A stretch of DNA of 62,936 bases, filler included, from Thraustochytrium aureum (taxonomy: Eukaryota): assembly GCA_012862495.1 (NCBI GenBank). It is 4 parts of 3 records of this genome, joined end to end, with 100 filler letters (N's around TTAATTAATTAA, not from the genome) between each part and the next. Parts side by side here need not be neighbours in the genome. Positions count along the whole stretch, not along the records: positions 31,133 to 59,826 come from BLSG01000103.1; positions 59,927 to 61,469 come from BLSG01000107.1; positions 61,570 to 62,936 come from BLSG01000110.1; 1 more part is not named here. One strand, given 5' to 3'. The notes beneath the pieces were generated by a model, which saw only the letters and a program-made list of their open reading frames with translations, was not told the origin of the DNA and made no database searches. Shown here one piece after another: positions 55,333-62,936 of the stretch. A program made the position numbers and the translations under genes. How positions within the stretch are numbered: the stretch's first letter is position 1; each line of letters starts with the position of its first letter.

Positions 55333-58300
55333 ATGGGCGCGAGGGCTGGGCTGCTCCAAGTCGCACTGGACGCGCGGCGGCGGCAGACGCAGGCGAAGAC
55401 CGCAACGCCTCTCGCGCGGACGCCCCAAGATGGGCTCGCAGAGTTTGTTCATGCGTGGAAGGCGATGGAACGCACGCTCGGGAGGTGGAGGTCCGCTGCG
55501 GCGGCTCGCAAGCACGCGAGGTCGCACTTGAAAGCGTGGCGGGTGGAGTGCGCAGTGCGAGGCATGGTCGTGGCTGCGGAGGCGCGACGCAGGGCGATGG
55601 CGATGAGAATCTGGAAGGCTGTTCATAGGGGCAGCGTTTGCCGGAGGAAACGGAAGGCCAGGGCTCTGCTGGTGGCATGGCGCTGCCTTGCCGAACACGC
55701 GGCTGATGCAAGGCGATCCAAGGCGGAATCGAGAATGCAAGCGCTGGAGCTGGCGTGGCGCACATGGCGCAGCTGGACTCGCCTACGGATAATTCGTAAA
55801 GCGCGCGATGCGCAGCGCCGTCGCAGGGCGTTCGGCTGCCTCGTTGCGGCGACGAAGCGAGCCAAAATGACTGGCTTGGCTGCAGACGCCTTTGCCCTTA
55901 CTTCGGCGCAGCGCGGCTTGCGGGGCGCATTTGAGGCGTGGAGGTGTATCGCTAGGGCCAGCACGCTTCGTTGCCGTCGAGAGCTCAAGATCCTGCGCGA
56001 CGCGTTCTTGGAGCTCGGAAAGGCGAGCTCCACGAGGCGCATGAGGCGCCTCGAGGCGGAAACCGCCGGCAATCGCGCTCTAGCGCGGCGGGCTGTGCGC
56101 CGCCTCGGCTCCTGGGCTCTGCACTGTCGAAGGCAGCGTCGGGCCGCGCACCTCTTGGCACACTCTTTGGCACACGCTTGGCTGCGCGCACGAAAACGAC
56201 TTGCTGTGTCCCGCCTTGCGTCGCACGCGGCGGAGCGGCAGAGAGTGTCGCAAGTCTTGCGTCGCCACCTTGTGGCCTGGGCTGCTCTCGCCTCAGACCG
56301 GAAGCGCACAGCGCAATGCCTACGGACTGGGCTTGACCGACTCCGCGTCGCAACCTTGGGACACGCGTGGCGAACGTTTTGCTCGTTGGTCACGCTGTCT
56401 GCCGAGCAGCGCCAGGCGGCACTCTTAGAGCACTTGCGCATCTGGCACGAGCGCTCGCGCGCGAATCGCACCGCGAAAGGCTGGAGCCTGGCGCGATGGC
56501 GCGAGTACATCGCAATGCGGCTGCAGAGTCGCGCAGACATGCTTCGGGCCGAAGACCATGCCGCTGCGTCGCGCAAGCTTGTCGGGATGGTGGCCTTGTG
56601 CAGGCATGCGGCAAAGCGCAAGGCGGGCCGCTCTCTGGCCTCGAGTGCGGACAAGTTCAAGTTCCAGCACCGCATTGGGCCTTGCTTTCAGGGATGGCTG
56701 GCCTTTGCGCGTCGTTCGCAGGCAATCAAGGGACTCGCCCGCTCGGCTGTCGAGCAGCGGGAGAGAATTGCGCTCTCGCGGAACTTTCGTGCATGGTCGC
56801 GAGCCTCTTGTGCCAGCTGCTTTGCGCGGCGTACAGGTCAACGACGTGCGCAGCACCTTGCAGCGTGTGCAACGAAGCTCTGGGCCGCGCGCGCGAAAAA
56901 GTCTGGCCAGGGTAGACGTGCTGCGGTCAGTGCGCTCGAAGTGCTGGTGATACGCCGGGCCCTCTTGCGATGGAAAGGAGCTTGCTTGGCTGCGCGAGCC
57001 TGCCGCTGCCTCTGCGCTCGGATGCAGCGCTTGCTGCTCGGTGCGGCGCTTGCGCGATGGGCTGACGCCGCTCGCTGGCGATCTCTCGAGTGCCGGGCTG
57101 CGGCGTCGTTTCAGAGGCACGTCCTGCTGCGCACTTGGAGCGCTTGGCGCGGCGCTGTGCAGACGCAGCATTGTGCAGCTGTCAAGTGGGTTCACTTTCA
57201 CACCAACTCCACGCGCGGCGCGAGCTGCTTCAAGGTGTCTTCCACAGGCTTTCTTCTCGGCAGCGCACCGCCGCCAAGCTCGGCGGGCAGGCAAGGGCGC
57301 GGCGGTGCTTTTGCGCGTGGCTGACACATATTCGAAACCGGTCGGCCGCCCGGCGAGTCGAGCGCAGAGCGTTGCGCTGCGCCAAACGACTCGTTTGTGC
57401 AGAGCTTCGTCTGGTCGCCAAGCAAACGCGCACTGCGCGGGTGCACTACTTACGACGGCTCGCGTCTCGCTCGCTCCACGCCTGGGCGACGCATTGCTCG
57501 TCGCGTCCTCCGAGCCCCCAGGACACGGAGCACGAGTACGCTGCGAGCGGGCAACGCGAGCCTGTGGCCGGGGAGGGCGCAGTTCCGCGAGGTGGCCCGT
57601 CCGCGCTCGTGTTGGACAGCCTTCTCGCGAGCTACGCCGGGCCCGACTCGCTCGTGCGCGGGAGCGACCTTGTTCTCCTGCTGCGCGACTTTGGGATGTT
57701 CTCCAACAAATTCGGCGTGTTGGAGCTCGTTCTCCGCATGGCGGAGCGGGCCGGCCTTGCCGAAGCGGGCCTCCCGGACGCGGGCTTTGCGGACCTGGGA
57801 TCCTTGGACAGCCCAAGCGAGTCGTCGCAAGGGAACGTGGCGCCGAGCGCGGCGGCTATAGCGTGGGTCTTGACGCAGGGAGCCGCGGAGGAGGACTGTG
57901 CTCGATTGATTCGATCGAGAGCGCGTGCTGTCGGGGGGCGCTGTTTGCATGGCGAGGCGCTCGAGGTGGTGGCGCACAAACGGTTTAATGAGACCGGCAC
58001 AGTGCGGCCAGCGTGCCCAATCCCCACCGCATTGCTTGAGCCGGAGTTCCTCTGCGCACTCGGTGCGAGGCGATCGGGCCTCAGGGCCGTGTTTGCGATT
58101 TTTCCGCATGAACGAGCGGGAGTGCGATGCCGCCGCTCGGGACGGCGCGCTCCACGCGGCTCTACGCGCTCGCGCTAGAGTCGGCGCAACAGACCGCCTG
58201 GATGAGCGCCAGGCCCGTGCTCTCGCGCGGGCGATCGGCTGGGCTCCAAGGCGGGTCCCACTTGCGCGCGTTCTCGAGGCGTATCGAGCAAGCGCCTCCG

Positions 58301-58554
58301 TCGCGCTCGAGATAGACTCCATTCTCGAGCGCCGCCGCACTAGTGCGCGGGCCAAGTCGCGGAAGCAGGGCAAGGTCGGTCTTGACGTCAGCGGCTTCCT
58401 GGAGATGATCGCACGTTTGGCAGCGGTGCTAGACCCTGCCAAGCCCTGCGACGCGCTCGAGATCTTGCTGGAGCCGGTCTTTGCGCAAGAGCGGCAACCG
58501 CGCAGCAGCGCGGCCGCAGACGCGTGGCCAGAGACCGACACCGAGGCTGATATT
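55333..58554 (+). CDS. Large Arg/Ala-rich protein with Sfi1-like Trp repeats (putative centrin-binding); at least 2 frameshifts, 3' in gap
   Basis: Recurrent F/L-x-x-W-R motifs (LKAWR, LVAWR, WRTWR, FEAWR, LARWR, FQGWL, FRAWS, WSAWR, FCAWL) across ORFs 55126, 57090 and 57925. The start is uncertain. Confidence 0.55.
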
Positions 58555-58675
58555 NNNNNNNNNNNNNNNNNNNNNNNNNNNNNNNNNNNNNNNNNNNNNN
58601 NNNNNNNNNNNNNNNNNNNNNNNNNNNNNNNNNNNNNNNNNNNNNNNNNNNNNNNNNNNNNNNNNNNNNNNNNNN

Positions 58676-59731
58676 GAAGAGGTCGGTAAGCGCGTTGTTG
58701 CGGACCAAGAAACTCTCCAGCGGCCTGCCCGGGGCGCTTGTCAGGCACAGCTGATAGGCCTTGGACCCGTTCGTTGCTGGGTCAGTCCCGACGCGCAGCT
58801 CCGCGCCGGGTGGGCCGCGGAGCAGGACGATCTGAGCGTCTCGCCCAAAGCCAACCTCGCCAGCCGCGCCGTCGCAGCAGTCGAGGAGGGCTTCGGAAAG
58901 AGTTTCAGGCGAGACGAAAAGCTGCGTGCGCCGACCCGTTGCCGTGTACTTTGCGATGTAGTTGGTCGCGTACTTGATGCACTTGTCAAGCAGGCGAATC
59001 CGCTTCCTCGCCTGCAGGTTGCCGATGCGCTCGTACAAAATGTCTGCGTCGATCTGCCTGGGTTTGCGTGTTGCTGAGCAGTCCTGTTCGCTGCAGTCGT
59101 CTTCGCCCAGAAAATGCGCCCGTCGTTTCGCTGCGCGGTCGGGCGATCCCGGCGTGCTGTTGCTGCTGGAATGCCGCCTCTGGCCCAGCTGCGGCAATCC
59201 GTGCGACGGGCCGGGCGGGGCGCCCTTGCGCGGTGTTGCGGGCTCTGTGCGATTCGCGTCGTTTGCTCCAGGAGGAGGGGCGTCGTCCAGGCGGTCTGTT
59301 TCCGGGTTCTCTTCTGACGACGCCGTCCAGCGGTCAAAAGCAAAGTCTTGGTTCAGGGTCGCAAGGCCCGAGGCTTGGTCAGTTGAGACCAGGCCCAGCT
59401 CGCCCAAGGTGGCCAAGAGGCCGCTCAGGGCAGCCTCCGAGACGCCGAGGCGGCGTGCCGCGTCGCAGACGCCGATCTCGTCGCCGTTCTTCCTCAGAAC
59501 CACGAGAAACGCGCGGATAAGGCTCGTAGCCGAGTATTCGGTCGCGCAAAGGCGCGTGGCCGGCGTGAGCGGCGCAGGTGACGGGTTCGCACAGCTTGCC
59601 ACAGGGTCTGGCGTGGCCTCGCGCTGCGGCTCGTCTTCAATCGGCAAGCCCGCACCAAGCGCGCCACTCTGGCTGTCGACCGCGTCTGCCGTTGGCGAGC
59701 TGGATGCGTCGCCTTTCGTTGCCTCCCGCAT
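58676..59731 (-). CDS. E2F-family protein with degenerate DNA-binding domain; 3' in gap
   Basis: Winged-helix-like EYSATSLIRAF...AARRLGV-SEAALSGLLAT-LGELGLV, followed by the coiled-coil/marked box LLDKCI...LFVSPETL...QIVLLRGPPGAELRV..DP...YQLCLTS..G.PLESFLV. Confidence 0.7.
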
Positions 59732-59870
59732 CTCCGTCCCGCGCGCCTTCCACCCGCCACCGGACCCGGCGTCGTCACGCTTGGCCGGCTCTATCGTCAG
59801 CCTTCCCCTTGACGCAAGCTCCTTGTNNNNNNNNNNNNNNNNNNNNNNNNNNNNNNNNNNNNNNNNNNNN

Positions 59871-59882
59871 TTAATTAATTAA
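59871..59882. other. Artificial scaffold linker
   Basis: TTAATTAATTAA in an N spacer. Confidence 0.95.
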
Positions 59883-59926
59883 NNNNNNNNNNNNNNNNNN
59901 NNNNNNNNNNNNNNNNNNNNNNNNNN

Positions 59927-61469
59927 CGTGGGGAAATGTAGGCGGCATGCGCGCCGCCCCAAATGCTCTCTTTCGCCGATTTTCTCAGAGCGCGAGCCTC
60001 TTTCGGGTGCACCAGGGCGGCCTTGGGGATCTCGCTTCCGGCCTTGACGCGTTTGTACAGCTGCTGAATCTGCCAGTGGAGGTCGAGCATGTCTTTCTTG
60101 TTGAGCGCGACGGCGGGACGTCGTGGCGACGTTCCCTTTGATCTGTGGGCCGGCCGCGTTCGAAGCCGAATCGATGGCTGCTTTTCGCGAAGGAGCGGCG
60201 GCGGCCCAATGGAGGGCCTTCGCGCACTCGCAGGTGGTGGCTCGCCCGGCTCGCGCGCATCTTTAATTAGCGCAGTCCCAGACTTGTTGCTTTTCTTTCC
60301 GGGTAGGGCAATCTCGAGCGTGGCCTTGGCCTTGGCCTTGTCGTCGAAGCGCTCGCGGGCCGACTGGCAGGTGGCGGAGACCATGCAGGCCATTGCGGCC
60401 TTGTTTCGGGTAATTTGGACCTTGTTGAGCTTGCGCCTCAGTAGCTGCATTTCCAGCTTGCCTTGCAGCTCTCGTTTCGCGCTCTCAAACCCTTGCTGCC
60501 ACGCTGTGACCGTGCGCGCCTTCACAACGGACGGCGGCTCTCGTGGAGGGCGCGGCTTGACCGGTTTGACAGCGGGCTTTGGAGCTGCTGCGCCTGCTGC
60601 GCCTGCTGCGCCTGCTGCGCCTGCTGCGCCTGCATTCCCGGCGCCGCTACTGGAAGACGTCTCAACGCGGCTTTGCAAGTTGGGCGGTGCCTGGCTCGCT
60701 CGGGGCGATTCGCGTGCTGGAGCAGCCGCATCGTCGCTCTGGCCCCCCTGCCGCAGAGAGTGCTCTGGAAGTGCAAGGCCCTGCTTGAGCCGTGTATTTC
60801 GCTTGGTCAACTCTCCTCCGCGGTTTGAGTGAATCGTGGATCGCTTGGTGCTTGTCTGCGTCTGCCGCCGCAGGAGGGTGTCCTCCCTTGGCACGACTGC
60901 GGCAGGGTCGGCTGGAGCGGGGTGCAGGCGAGGAAACTCTTGCTCGAGGTCACCGAGCTTGGCGCGGAGCTTTTTCACAAAATCGGTCCGCTTGTGCGAC
61001 GCGACGTACTTGAGTGCGACCGCGATCGGGCTCTTTTGCATGCGAATCCTTCGTCGAAAGGCCTCTTCGTCGTCCTCGTCCTCGTCTTCGCGGCCTCCTT
61101 CGTCCGCGTTCTCGGCGAGGGCGCTGCTGGCGCCGTTCTCCGCGCCTTCAAGCATCTCGCTGGTTGTTGCCGCATTCGTTGTGCTTGCTGCTGAAGTCTG
61201 CCGGTTGGCTTGCGTCAGGAAGCTGGCCGACGCGAGCCCCTGATTCGAGTTTGGCCCACTTTTGGGAGAACAAGTGGCAGGTTTGGCTTCCGCTGGGGAC
61301 GCCGGCGCGGGCGACCGGCTGGCGACCCGCCGTGCTGCGTCGTGGACAAGGTCGCGCTCTTCTTTGGGCGAGAGTGGGCCTGCCTCGTCGATGGCGTTCA
61401 CGAGGGGAATAAGCATGGCGTCCAGCGACGAGACTGCCGAAGGGCTGCTTGGCGAGGGCACCTCTGGTC
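59927..61469 (-). CDS. Hypothetical low-complexity basic protein, truncated by linkers at both ends
   Basis: More than 510 open codons containing an (AGA)n repeat, an acidic patch and helical segments. Confidence 0.6.
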
Positions 61470-61513
61470 NNNNNNNNNNNNNNNNNNNNNNNNNNNNNNN
61501 NNNNNNNNNNNNN

Positions 61514-61525
61514 TTAATTAATTAA
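61514..61525. other. Artificial scaffold linker
   Basis: TTAATTAATTAA in an N spacer. Confidence 0.95.
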
Positions 61526-61569
61526 NNNNNNNNNNNNNNNNNNNNNNNNNNNNNNNNNNNNNNNNNNNN

Positions 61570-62040
61570 TCTGCGACAAAGGAGATGTTCGCATCGATTC
61601 AAAGCGACATAGGCAAGCTCAAGCAACTAGTTCAAGAGCACGCAACTCCTGTCAAAGTTCGTGCGCCGAAGCGCAAGCGGGACGATATAGTCGAAGGCGC
61701 GGCGCGCACTTCGGACGCGGTTTGGTCACCAGCCTCGTGCACCTCAACCCAAGCGACGCAAGCCTCGGGTACTCCAGCGAGCCCCGATCCACGGACGAGG
61801 GACGCCCGCGCCCTCAAGCGCTGCTTGGAGCCCACAACCCCCGACGAAGCTCGCAACTCGGAAAGCGAGCAACACATCACGTCGAAAGTCCAAGAGGAGG
61901 AGGTGCAGCCTCGAAAGCGCGGCCGTATTGCGGACATTGTCGAGCAAATCGCACGCCCAGAGGCTGTCAAGACCGTGGCGACTTTCGTGCTGGTGGGTCT
62001 TGCGAGCGTGCTGACTCCAGGCATCCCTTTTGCTGGGTGA
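61570..62040 (+). CDS. Hypothetical tail-anchored protein with NLS-like motifs; 5' truncated
   Basis: PKRKR and PRKRGR motifs, with a hydrophobic C-terminus VATFVLVGLASVL. Confidence 0.5.
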   Translation, partial: SATKEMFASIQSDIGKLKQLVQEHATPVKVRAPKRKRDDIVEGAARTSDAVWSPASCTSTQATQASGTPASPDPRTRDARALKRCLEPTTPDEARNSESEQHITSKVQEEEVQPRKRGRIADIVEQIARPEAVKTVATFVLVGLASVLTPGIPFAG

Positions 62041-62936
62041 AGCCCGGCAGGCCGCAAAGTCACGTGGCAGCGCACCAGGCAAGGCAGTCCATGAAATAAT
62101 TCCATCTATGTGAGTATCGTAACTCTGCTCGAGGTTGTTGAGTTGTTCTGCGGCACCAGCTGTGGCGTCTCGCTGCGTGCTGGTGCTGCGCGTTGTAGAG
62201 GACCCAGGCTTTGGCGACGAGTCCCATGGGCGAATCAGCGGTACCTTGTGGATCAAAAGAAGAGCAGTTCGTCAGTTGCCCTTGGCAGAGACGCGAGCCG
62301 CTGGCAAGCGAGCCCAGCCACCTCTTGCTTGAGTCACGAAAGGGAGGAAGGTTGTCCTGCTTCGCGAAAGCGCGGCGGCGGTGTTCAGGGTGCAGCAGAG
62401 CGCGTCAAGTTCGCCCTCAGGCTGGAATTGCGTCGAGTTCGCCCTCAGGCTGAAAGAGGTGACCTGGTTATGTCTGGGACTCGTCCGTTCGTTCGTCGTT
62501 GAGACAGGACCCGACAACGTCGGCTTGCCCTGCTCATGCAGCCTCGCCATCAGCCGCGACTCGCGCCCAAAAGGCCGCAACGAAACCAGACGGCGAACCG
62601 AGCAGAGCGGAGCCAGACTTTCAGGAACTGTGAGGGGACAAGAAAGTTTTCAGCCTGTGCCGGTAGAGTGAGTTGAGTACTCACTTCTGTACTCGCTTCA
62701 GTGCGCCTTGTGGCAAGGTCTGAGTACTCGGCATTGCAAACCAACGAGACCAGACCCTGAACGCAGCAGACCCCGAACTCAGCAGCTCGCAAGGCGCCAG
62801 ACACGCACGCAAGTGGCCACGAGGCAAGCAGCAGGGTTGATCTTCACAGTGAGACAAGACAGCAAGTCAGACAAGGCGGCCCTGCAAACACAGCACGATG
62901 GTTGGCAAGCCTTACACTGGTGCGGAGACCAAGGCC

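Noticed and set aside
1..62936. tRNA, rRNA or snRNA genes
   Set aside because: No cloverleaf, A/B-box pair or conserved rRNA/snRNA motif was recognised by eye; tRNAscan-SE or Infernal would be needed to exclude them.

Overview
GC-rich, gene-dense, intron-poor eukaryotic scaffold. GT-AG introns with CTGAC branch sites are visible. The gene set and style suggest a non-photosynthetic stramenopile such as a thraustochytrid, which is inference only. The draft assembly has many N gaps, three artificial N-TTAATTAATTAA-N linkers and repeated single-base homopolymer frameshifts. About 29 coding regions can be supported. Housekeeping genes: gamma-COP, transaldolase, DBP9/DDX56, RMI1, POP4, SLX9, DCP1, DPM2, an Mrs2/CorA Mg transporter and an HCF101-like protein. 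Enzymes: SGNH hydrolase, KpsF-like SIS isomerase, a glycosyltransferase-like protein, JmjC, SDR paralogues and a DUF900-like hydrolase. Also present are ankyrin, LRR, Sfi1-like and Popeye-domain proteins. The top candidates for novelty are (1) a pogo/Fot1-type DD36D transposase with a complete Ulp1/C48 SUMO-protease domain embedded in its C-terminal half, and (2) an E2F-family protein that keeps the DP-dimerisation module but has the RRxYD DNA-recognition motif replaced in frame. All family calls come from motif recognition by eye; no database searches were run.
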